From positions 21,948,001 to 22,012,000 of the forward strand of contig JBHGNT010000007.1 in NCBI GenBank assembly GCA_043228905.1: a stretch of 64,000 nucleotides of DNA, given 5' to 3'. Position 1 is the stretch's first letter. The number at the start of each line of letters is the position of its first letter. Positions 35,365 through 45,586 of this stretch are shown piece by piece. A program made the translations under genes and the position numbers. This stretch comes from Azolla caroliniana (taxonomy: Eukaryota; Plantae; Polypodiophyta). Below the pieces are notes generated by a model, which ran no database searches, was not told the DNA's origin, and saw nothing but the letters and a program-made list of their open reading frames with translations.

Positions 35365-35394
35365 ATGGAAGCACTGGTTTATACATTTCTACTG
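35365..35394 (+). pseudogene. psbT: Plastid psbT 5' fragment (NUPT)
   Basis: ATG GAA GCA CTG GTT TAT ACA TTT CTA CTG = MEALVYTFLL, the conserved PsbT N-terminus. Similarity stops abruptly. Confidence 0.8.
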
Positions 35395-35652
35395 GAAGTG
35401 GCCGAATGAAAAAAGCGTTTGATTTCAGTAAATCCGCTTTCAAAAGAGAGATTCGAATCGTATCTCCTCCCTTAATGCCAAAGTATACTTCGTATTCAAG
35501 AAGGAAAAACGAAGTGCAATGAGTTTAATGGTGCTCGACCTTTCATGCGATTAGGAAATTCCACGGCAATGGTCCCGCGGGAGCTATAGTAACTACCAGC
35601 TCAGCTAGTGTCGTATTTATAGTAGGAGATACCATAGTCACTCGGCTTTGGG

Positions 35653-35928
35653 GTTTGTGATTAATCAGGTCCCGGCGATAACACTAAGGTTAGTAATCTG
35701 ACTCGGCACTAAATTGACCAGATTAGCATAATAGTACGTTGAAACAATTTCCTAGTTGATTCGGAATTAAAGAGAGAAATTTAGTAATATATCAAATGAT
35801 TAATTAATATCAGCCGTTACCGCGGATTCCGTCACAAAGTAGGATTGCCATTACGTGGTTAATGAACCTACAGCAATGTTAAGATCTGTCGCAAGTCAAG
35901 AAAAGTTTCAATCAATCAACGAAAGAAG
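35653..35928 (+). pseudogene. rps13: Mitochondrial rps13 fragment (NUMT, unedited)
   Basis: One frame reads VCD*SGPGDNTKVSNLTRH*IDQI...FLVDSELKREI**YIK*LINISRYRGFRHKVGLPLRG**TYSNVKICRK. This matches the S13 signature CYRGxRHxxGLPLRGQRTHTNAKT. Confidence 0.85.
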
Positions 35929-36456
35929 AATAATTCGTTTTTCATTCACAAAATTATAATGATGAGTTTAAGTTTTATAGTTTGAACAACCTAATGGTTT
36001 GAATTTATTTCATAATATGTAAGGTCATGGGTTAGAATCTCTATAGTAATGAGAGTGTCAATCACATCAAAATGCTAATAAAGAGAACTATAATCTTATT
36101 TATGAATTAATCACATATACAATATTAATTAAATACTTGAATCATGTGAAACTCCACAAGCTAAGGCCTCGAAAGAAGAGCAACAATACACACAAAAATA
36201 CATACATAAGTGCATACAAGCTTGGATATTTCACACCAAAGAATGAGCTCCCCTCTCACTTTTATAAGTTTTCATAGGACCCTTACCAAAATAGTAAGTT
36301 ACTTTTCGTAGCACTTGACATCATTTTTACCACATACCTTGCTGCTTACAACATATCACTTTTCTCCATTCAATCATTCATTACAATATTCAAACCTCTC
36401 ACTTTTTGCTTATAGTGTAAGCTCTTGACGGCTAAGCTAAGTCTTTTTGTTGTTTT

Positions 36457-37700
36457 GACTGTCCCCAAAGATTGTATCTCTCCCCGATCCGCTCACACCC
36501 TTAGGTCCGAGTGGTGGCACAGGTGGATAACATCTGGAAGACAGACCCAGATGTTGCTAAGGTGGAACCCCATTGGAGGTTAAGGGTATACGGTTGTCGC
36601 TCCCTTGTCGATTTGGATTGGGACCCAAGGGATTTCAGATGGAAACATGATGATAGACTCCACCACTTCTTCGATCACACCACTAAATTGGGTCGGACTT
36701 TGCAGCTGCAGCTAGGCGGCCCCCTTCGCAATGGCTGGCGAACATTGGGCATCCTCGATGAGGCGCTCATTACTGTTTGGAAGGGTCTCTGGCGTCTCCA
36801 CATGCTTGAAAAGATCAAGCTCTTTTGGTGGTAGATCGGTCATAATGTGGTGCCCGTTGGCGAATGGCTAGATAAACGTGGCGGCCCGATAGGCTACCCA
36901 TTGTGCTCTCGACCTATTGAGACTCTGAGACATTGTCTGTGGGATTGCCCTCAAGCTCAAAAGGTATGGGATAGAGTGACTCGCCTCCTTGCGGCATGTG
37001 AAGTTGAAGGAGCAGCCTCGTGGACCGCTGCGGCATGGATTGATCACTCGGGCGAAGGGTGGACGGACGCCGTCAATGCGGATAGTTGGTGCTATGTATG
37101 CACGAGAGGCAAAATCGTCAAGATCCGTTTTGAAAGAGGCTTGCAGCCCGCATCCCCTAGGTTTTCGGAAATCTAGATGTTGATCGCAGGTTTCACCTTG
37201 TGGTATATATGGAAAGCGCGTTGCCTCAAGGTTTTCCAAGGTACGGTACGGCCCTCGGAGGAAGTGATCATGGACATATGGTTCACGCTTATCAGCTGCC
37301 TACGAGGGCAACTGGAAGAGGTTTGCAGCCACTCCAACGACGTGGTCACTGCCCGTTTGCGCTTTTGACAGAAATGGCGGAACACACCTATGGTGATGCA
37401 AGGCGGGAGTGGCCCGAGGTGGAACTACCAGCCCCCACGTTGGCTGTTTCCTACTCACCTGCCACCCTTTCTTCGTTGTAGGCCCCAAGAGCTGACTCGT
37501 ACTTGGCAACATTGAAGGGCATCACCTTGGATATAGGTAGCTTCTTACATTAAGTTAGGCCGCAAGGCATTGTAAGTAGGCTCATCTTCTTTTACTTGAT
37601 CGGAGGAAGACTCACCGATGTGTGTATAAGTATCCTTGTAGACTCTCTATGTAATACTCCTTCCTAACTAATGGGAAAGTAGCTTCATTTTGAAAAAAAA
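36457..37700 (+). mobile_element. 5'-truncated LINE copy with 5' inversion, poly(A) and 18-bp TSD
   Basis: TSD AAGTCTTTTTGTTGTTTT at 36439-36456 and 37701-37718. The body matches 16397-17590. 36457-36504 is the reverse complement of ~16325-16371. Confidence 0.92.
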
Positions 37701-38196
37701 AAGTCTTTTTGTTGTTTTTAATTTCTTATTTTCTCATGACCTTCTTTTCGTACTTTTGCCTTGCCCTTCAATCTTTTATATATACATAGTTTACCTCATT
37801 TCCTCATGTGCACTCCCCATGTCATGAAATTGTATTGATTGGTTATTACATGGCTTAAGATGCTCACTCAAACAAAGTCAATAATAGGTTTTAATATCAC
37901 TTCGAAGTCTTCATCAAAACTAGTTGAGGAGGGTTGGTTCATTTTTAGAATCTTAATTAACATTAAGCAAAATTAAAGAGGAAAATAATGAAGAAAGGGT
38001 GCTACTCCACCCAACCACCCCCTAGTGAAGGTAGAGACGGATCCAAGTCCCCCGCCGATGTCCCATACCACTGTTGTCATGAAATTACACGTGTACGTGT
38101 GTTACTTGAGAGGGACCACCGGAGACTTGATCCAGAGAGGATGGGTGACTCGAAGGTTCATCATAGTCTAATGATTGTCAAAGTTGACAGAAGTTA

Positions 38197-38542
38197 AGAG
38201 TCGAAAGGTCGCTAGAGTCAAAAGTTGTTCGAGTCAAAAGATCGCATTAGTCGAAAGATCATTAGAGTCAAAAGTCATTAGAATCAAAGGCTTTCCAGCT
38301 CGAAGGCTCATTAGAGTCGTGGGTTCATTAGAGTTGAAGGCTCTACAAATTCGACGGTAACCCAGAGTCGAGGGTATGTCAAAGTCGAAGGCTTTGCAGA
38401 GTCGAAGATAACTCATAGTCGAAGATAATGCAAAGTTGAAGGTAGTTTAGAGTCAAACATTCGTCACAGTCAAATGCTCGGCAGAGTCGAAGGTAGGTTA
38501 GAATCGAAGGCTCCTAAGAGTGGAAGGCCCTATCGAGTCGAA
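38197..38542. repeat. Degenerate ~17-bp minisatellite (~20 copies, core AGAGTCGAAGG)
   Basis: Recurrent (A/C)GAGTC(G/A)AA(G/A)G core at ~17-bp spacing. Confidence 0.7.
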
Positions 38543-38981
38543 TGTAGCAGTGTTTCGAATAGTGAATTATGCACGAGACTAACACGCAATGAACCAAAGC
38601 ACTTAAGATTATGAATGGATTCTACAATACTAAGTCTAGATTGTCCTCTTTATAGGCCGAGAACATTGAATTATGAAAGAAATTCCCTTATATAATGTAG
38701 AGAACCACTTTAGAATATAGTTCGGCCACAACCGAGTAATGAAACACTTCGTTTAATGATAAAACACAGAAATGGGAAATGGAGAGAGAATGCACGTACC
38801 CACGCAAACAATAGAGAGTACACAAGATGTTTACGTGGAAAACCCTAATAGGGAAAAAACCACGTGAGCCCACAAACTCCAAACTAACACTATGAAGAAA
38901 GAGGGTACACTCAAAAACTCGGAGGCAACGACCTCGAGCTCTGTATCTTCGCCAGCTGGTGGTTACAATAGAGTATTGCTC

Positions 38982-39021
<40 letters not shown>

Positions 39022-41318
39022 CAACAGTTATACACATACAACAATATGACCACATAACAAAAGTGTTTGCCCTAAGTCATATTTATACTTCTATGAACTT
39101 AGGGCTATTTCCAATTATAGCCTCAATAGGCTTACTCAAAACATATTCACAAATATGTCTTCTCTTCCAGTTCTCACCAGGTCCTCTTCATTCAACATCG
39201 GATCCCATCCGGAGGGACCGAATTCCCAACAATCTCCTCCTTCACTCCGACATGGGATGTCTCATCAACCCGATCCGCTTTCGGCACACGTCCAACTTGT
39301 CGGTTGTCAACACCTTGGTCAGCATATCCGACCCGTTCTCCTCCGTGTGGATCTTCGTTAGCATGAACTCTTGATCTTCTACTCTCTTTCGGATCCAGTG
39401 GTACCTCTGCTAGATATGTTTCATCCGGGAATGGTTGGCCGCGTTCTTTGCAAGGTGGATGACACTTTGACTGTTGCAGTAGAGCCGATATTCCTCCTGT
39501 TGGATCCTAGCTCTCCGATGAAGTCCTTCATCTAGATTATCTCCTTGTCGGCTTCTACAACTACCATGTACTCCACCTCCGTGGTTGACAATGCAACCGT
39601 CTTCTGCAGCCTCGATTGCCATGATATAGCTCCCCCTACATAAGTCATGACATATTCAGATGTAGACTGGTTGGTATCCGCATCAGTTGACATATCCGAA
39701 TACGTGAATTCGTCAAGTTGGGGGTTACCGGAGCCAAACAGGAGGCACATACTCGAGGTGCTTTTCAGATTCCGGAGTATCCACTTGACCGCGTTCCAGT
39801 GCTCTTTTCCGGGATTGCTGATGAACCGGCTTACCACTCCGACTGCATATCCGATATCTGGCCGGGTACATACCATTGCATACATCAAGCTTCCGACGGC
39901 AGAGGCATATGGTATCGTCGTCATATCCATCTTCACCGCCTTTGTCCTCGGACTTTGTTTTTTCGGATAGCTTGCAGTTTGCCGGAAGCGTCGATCCGAC
40001 TGGCTTTGCCTCTGACATGTTGAATCGTTGGAGCACCTTTGTCACGTACTTCTCCTGTGACAACCACAACAGCTTCTTCGACTGGTCCCGGATGATGTGC
40101 ATTCCCAATATCTGTCTTGCCGGCCCTAAGTCTTTCATTGAGAAGGTCTGGTTAAGATCCTTCTTTAGCATCCGTATCTTGACTTGGTCTCGTCCGACGA
40201 TCAGCATATCATCCACATATAGGAGGAGTCTCAGGAAATCTCCTCCGTAAAATTTCTTCACAAACACGCAGTGATCGGCCTATGTCTTGTGGTACCCTTG
40301 GTCGGTCATAAAAGAGTCGAACTTCCGGTACCATTGCCGGGGAGCTTGCTTCAATCCATATAAGCTCTTCTTCAGCCGGCACACTAGGTGCTCCTTCCCT
40401 TTCTTCTCCAATCCTTCCGGTTGATGCATGTAGATCTCTTCTTCGAGGTCGCCATGTAGGAATGCCGTCTTGACGTCCAATTGCTCTACCTCGAGGTCCA
40501 TACTTGCCGCTATGCCCAATACCGTCCGGATGGATGTCATCTTTACTACCGAGGCAAAGATCTCATTGAAATCCACTCCTTTCTTCTGCTGGAACCTCTT
40601 CACCATGATTCAGACTTTGTATCTCGGTGGGTTTCCGGCATCCCCCGGATTCAGCTTGTACACCCACTTGTTCCGGAGTGCCCTCTTTCCTTTCAGCAAC
40701 TCTATTAGTTCATATGTGTGGTTCTCATGCAAGGAATCCATCTCATCTTGCATGGCACTCAACCACTTGCGGCTATGGGTGTCTCTCTTTGTTTCTTCGA
40801 AGCTTTCTGGCTCCCCCTCATCAGTTAGCAACATGTGCTCTGCATCCGGAAATCTCTAGGGGGCTCTTCTCTCTTTGAGAGGATATCTATGTCCTTGGTT
40901 TCTAACTACCGGTTCCTCCGTTTGTTCCTTATCCGAATTCGATTCAGGATCTTGTCTGTATCCGATGTCTTCTTCTTCTTCTTCTCCTTCTTCGGTCGGT
41001 TCGGTTTCTTGTCTATATCCGGCCGATTCGTCGAGAGTCATCCTGTTACTATCTAACATCCGGTTTTCAACCGGGTCTGTCCTTATGTCCTCAAGCCGGT
41101 TTTCATTGGATGATCCGGGGTTTATCACCTTCATCTCCGACTCCCAGTCGACAATGGTCATGTCTTCCATGAAGACTATGTCTCGACTCCAGAACACCTT
41201 CTTGTCGATCAGATCCCACACCCGATAATTGAACTCATCATCGCCGTATCCAAGGAATATGCATGGCCTAGACTTCGGATCCAACTTTGCTCTCTTGTCC
41301 TTTTCTATCGGTCCATAC

Positions 41319-42858
41319 TGTCTTAGGTGAGTCTCCTCCCAAAGGTACTGAGGGTGATCTGTTTATCATGTAGGTCGCGTAAGTATTTAAGATTAGCTTA
41401 ATGGATTGATATGGGAAGATAGATATCTTTAAGAGCTTCATATCTCATTTTTCTACGCATAAAACGGATAAATAAGTATCAAGATATGTGAATATAAAGT
41501 TTGAGAAGATAAGGAAAATAGAATTGTGAAATATCCCACATAGATATGAAACTTTAGGATCCATCTATATAAGTAGATTAAGAACCATTAGTTTTCATCT
41601 ATGTGTTGAGAGCACAAAAGGAATGGTTGAACTTGGACCAATTTGTCTACATGGACAAATGTGGCTAAGGAACTGGCGACCGGATGGAGCCGGCAACCGG
41701 ATAGAACCGGCAACAAAGCTAGGAACCGGAAACTGGATGGAGCCGGCAAGTGGATAGAACCAGCAACAAAGTTGGGAATTGGAAACCGGATGGAACCGGC
41801 AATCGGATAGAATTGCCAACAAAGTTGGGAATTGGAAACCGAATGGAGCCGGCAATCGGATAGAATCGCCAACAAAGTCGGAAACTGGTTTACATGGACC
41901 AATTTGTCTACATGGACAAATGTGGCTAAGGAACTGGCGACCGGATGGAGCCGACAAGTGGATAGAACCGGCAACAAAGTTGGGAATTGGAAACCGGATG
42001 GAGCCGGCAATTGGATAGAATCGCCAACAAAGCCGGAAACCGGATGGAGATGGTAGCCGGAAACCGGATGGAGTCGGCAATCGGAAAGCGGAAATCGGAC
42101 GGAGCCGGTGATGAAGTTGGGAACTGGAACCGGATGGCGACGGAACCGGCAACCGGACAGAACCGGCAATCGGACGACAACGGAACAGAAACCGGATGTA
42201 GACCAGACGGATCGGATGGGTGGATGATAGGATCATGATGGGTGGATGATAGGATCATGCAGCGAATTAAAGTAAAGAAAAGTAAAGTAAAAGTAAAGGC
42301 GAAGCAACTAAAAAAGGAGGCCATGCAACTAAAAGTAAAGGCGAAGCAACTAAAAAAGAAGAAGCCATGCAACTAAAAATAAAGGCCAAGCAACTAAAAA
42401 TGGAGGCCATGCAACTAAAAGGGGGCCGCACTCCATTTATTTTTCTTTTCCTTCTCGGTTTCCTTATCTGACAGAAGCCATAACACTCAAAAAACCCTAA
42501 TTTTCCCTATAGAAGCCATAAGACTCAAAAACCATAATATTCCTTACGGAAACCATATCTCTCGAATACCCCTATTTTTTTTTCTTATGAAAGCAATATC
42601 TCATAAATTTGAAACCTAATTTTCTTATCGAAACCAAAAACCCTAATTTTTCTTATCTATTAATCTCTTTAAACCTAAACTACTGTAATCCCAATCTTGG
42701 GATAGATGGTAAATTTTCTTTCCCTTTACTAATAAACTTTATTAAATTTTCTCGTTTATGTTAATTCTTAAAGTATAAACGCACGAATGTGATATCCTCT
42801 GGTCGGAGGCCCCAAGGTCCTGCCTCAAGTTCACGTGTCTTCGTCGTTTTTCGCGACA
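41319..42858. mobile_element. Non-coding LTR-like insertion (TGTC...GACA) with internal tandem repeats, inside the Copia integrase
   Basis: Inverted 4-bp termini. Interrupts integrase between WAEALT and KDKRAKLDPK, with loss of the intervening codons. CCGGATGGAGCCGGCAA repeats at 41630-42230. No clean flush TSD. Confidence 0.55.
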
Positions 42859-44223
42859 CTATCGTCAGCGCCTCAGCCCAAAATGTCTTGGGTAACTTGG
42901 CATGTCCGAGCATGCTCCAGACTCTCTCCATTATGGTTCGGTTCATCCTTTCGGCCAACCAGTTTAGTTCCGGCATCTTCGGCACGGTAAATTCGAGCCG
43001 GATTCCCTTCAACCGACAATACTCCTCGAATTGCTCCCGATATTCTCCTTCATTGTCCACTCGAACCGCCTTCAGCTTCCAACTGGTTTCTCTTTCCACT
43101 CTCCCGTGGAGTTCCTTGAAGACGGATAGCACTTGATCCTTCATCTTCAACGGTGAGACCCACAACTTCCAGTTGTGGTCATCTATGAACGTCACAAAGT
43201 ACTGTGATCCAGCATGTGACTTTGTGTCCACTTGACACACATCGGTATGCACCAGCTCCAATGGTGCATTTCGTCTCATCGGTGGTCTTGACCGGAAGGA
43301 GGTTCAATTTTGCTTCCCGGCCAAGCAGTCGGTGCACTTCTCAAGTTGCATATCCTTTACCGGAATAAGATTGTCTTCGACAAGCCTCTTCATCCCCTTC
43401 TCACTCATGTGACACAGTCTCTTGTGCCATAGTTCACCGGTAGTGTCGGATGCTACCTTCAGTTCTTCCCAACATATTCGGGCATTCATCAAGTACAGTG
43501 TGTTGGCCTTCTAGGCTCGAGCCACTACTAGGCTCCCTTTGCAGAACTTCATGACTCCGTTCCGGATGGTACCCGTGTAGCCTTCATCATCTAGCCGACT
43601 GGCTGATATCAGGTTTAGTTGAACCTCCGAAATGTGTCGGACATCCTTCAGCAGCAACTTGCATCCGGTTGATGTCGTCAACAACACATCTCCTATGCCG
43701 AAAATTCAGCATGTACCTTCATTCCCCATCCGGACACAACCATGATCATCGGTAGTGTAGGATGAGAAGCATTTCCGATCCGGTGTCAGGTGGAACGACG
43801 CTCCGGAATTGACAAGCCACGTTGTCTCGTCGTCGACAAGGTTTAGCTCATTCTCCTCGGTAATGAGCATAAGTTCTTCTTCACTTGTTGCAATCGCCGA
43901 CGTTCCTTTTCGATTCGGGTGTCATGATATGGCAAGGCTCGAACCCATGACCTTAGGTTATATGGGTCGAGCTCTTGACCATTAGACCATCTATTGTAAT
44001 ACGTAGGATATTATTTTCATTTACATTTTATTATAGGAAATTAGTGTATATTCCAGATTTCTCTGGAACATTCTAGAAGCTTCAGGATTACTCCTGAAAA
44101 CACTATAAAAGAGGGCACTAGGCATTATGTTGAACCAAATTGGTTCAACGCCAGTCTTAAGCCTTTTAGCCACCGTTGTATATTCTCTTCATATAATAAA
44201 TATCTTTCTTATCATCACTCTCA

Positions 44224-44255
<32 letters not shown>

Positions 44256-44434
44256 GTCTCGCTCACTTCTTCCTTCTCTCGAAGAAGTTCCACACCTCTC
44301 ATAGTACTAATCCTTCGTTTAGTACTAATTCCTTCTCTGTCTCAGTACTGTTCATGACAGTTTGAACCAATTTTTCCCTACCTTCTGTCTCTCTCATTTC
44401 CTACTAATCTTTTATTCCTCTTTTCTTTCATCCC

Positions 44435-45586
44435 ATGGCCACTGTTAGCGCTGAAGAATATCAATCTGTTTTCTCGGAATTCCAATGCTTGAAGGAGAAG
44501 TTCCATGCTTTGGAACAAGAAAACCAACGGTTGCTGGGGGATCTTCAGCAAATCTCCTTAGAAAAGCAGCAAACGCAACAACAACATGGGGAACTTGCGT
44601 TACGTGTGCAACAACTCGAAGCCACCATCGTAGCGATGCAACAACATGGGCCCGGAACACAAGGGATTCATAAAGAACCTAAGATTGGCCTTCCCACGAA
44701 GTTCGATGGAACGCGATCGCAGTTTAGAGGGTTCCTTAACCAGGTACGATTAGTTATTCAAATGCATCCTTCCCGATATCCCACCGATGCATCACGAGTG
44801 GGTTTAGTAGGCACTTTGTTAAGTGGCTCAGCCTTGTCATGGTTCGCTCCACTATTAGAAAAGGAATCTCCGTTACTCAACAATTTTGAAGAGTTTCTAG
44901 GTGAGTTTAAAGCATGTTTCGGAGATACTGACAGCATCAGGACCGCAATCAACAAAATCCGGCGATTACGCCAAGGTGACCGTCCAGCCTCCGCATACGC
45001 TGCAGATTTTCGCCTACTCGCCGCCGATATCCCTTGGGATGATCAAGCGTTGATGGAGCAATTCCCTTATGGTTTACGCAACGACGTCAAGGATTTACTC
45101 TTGACCTTCCCCGAAGAGCCAAAGTCCTTAACAAAAGCAATCAGTCGCGCGGTGAGATGTGACAACCGCCTCTTTGAGCGACGTTCGGAACGACAGCTAC
45201 AAATGCCGAGGGCAAGATCAGAGCCCACCTACGCCTCAGTGGTAGCAAGACCTTTTCCGAGGGAGTCATATAATGCGTCTCCAGCGAATACTCCGACTCC
45301 GATGGAGATTGACACTACACGTCGTCGAGGGCCATTATCCGAAGAAGAAAAGCAGCGACGCCGTACAAATCGACTATGTCTTTACTGCGGTGGACCAGGA
45401 CATATCGCAATAAATTGCCCCCATAGGCCAAGAAGACAGGTAAACCAAATAGTCGCTAGTTCTAATTGTACTAAATCCGAGCCTATTTCAGTAGGGATAT
45501 CTGATAGTCCTAATAGTATTAATATCCCAGATCTAGCAAACAAATTTGATGTCCTTAGTCAGTTAGAAGAAGAGTTAAACGACTAA
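44435..45586 (+). CDS. gag: Chromovirus Gag
   Basis: 383-aa ORF with coiled-coil N-terminus, LRQG, PMEID and zinc knuckle CLYCGGPGHIAINC. Confidence 0.92.
   Translation: MATVSAEEYQSVFSEFQCLKEKFHALEQENQRLLGDLQQISLEKQQTQQQHGELALRVQQLEATIVAMQQHGPGTQGIHKEPKIGLPTKFDGTRSQFRGFLNQVRLVIQMHPSRYPTDASRVGLVGTLLSGSALSWFAPLLEKESPLLNNFEEFLGEFKACFGDTDSIRTAINKIRRLRQGDRPASAYAADFRLLAADIPWDDQALMEQFPYGLRNDVKDLLLTFPEEPKSLTKAISRAVRCDNRLFERRSERQLQMPRARSEPTYASVVARPFPRESYNASPANTPTPMEIDTTRRRGPLSEEEKQRRRTNRLCLYCGGPGHIAINCPHRPRRQVNQIVASSNCTKSEPISVGISDSPNSINIPDLANKFDVLSQLEEELND

Noticed and set aside
41588-42372. Several 80-213-aa ORFs
   Set aside because: They are artefacts of stop-poor GC-rich tandem repeats, open in multiple frames on both strands.
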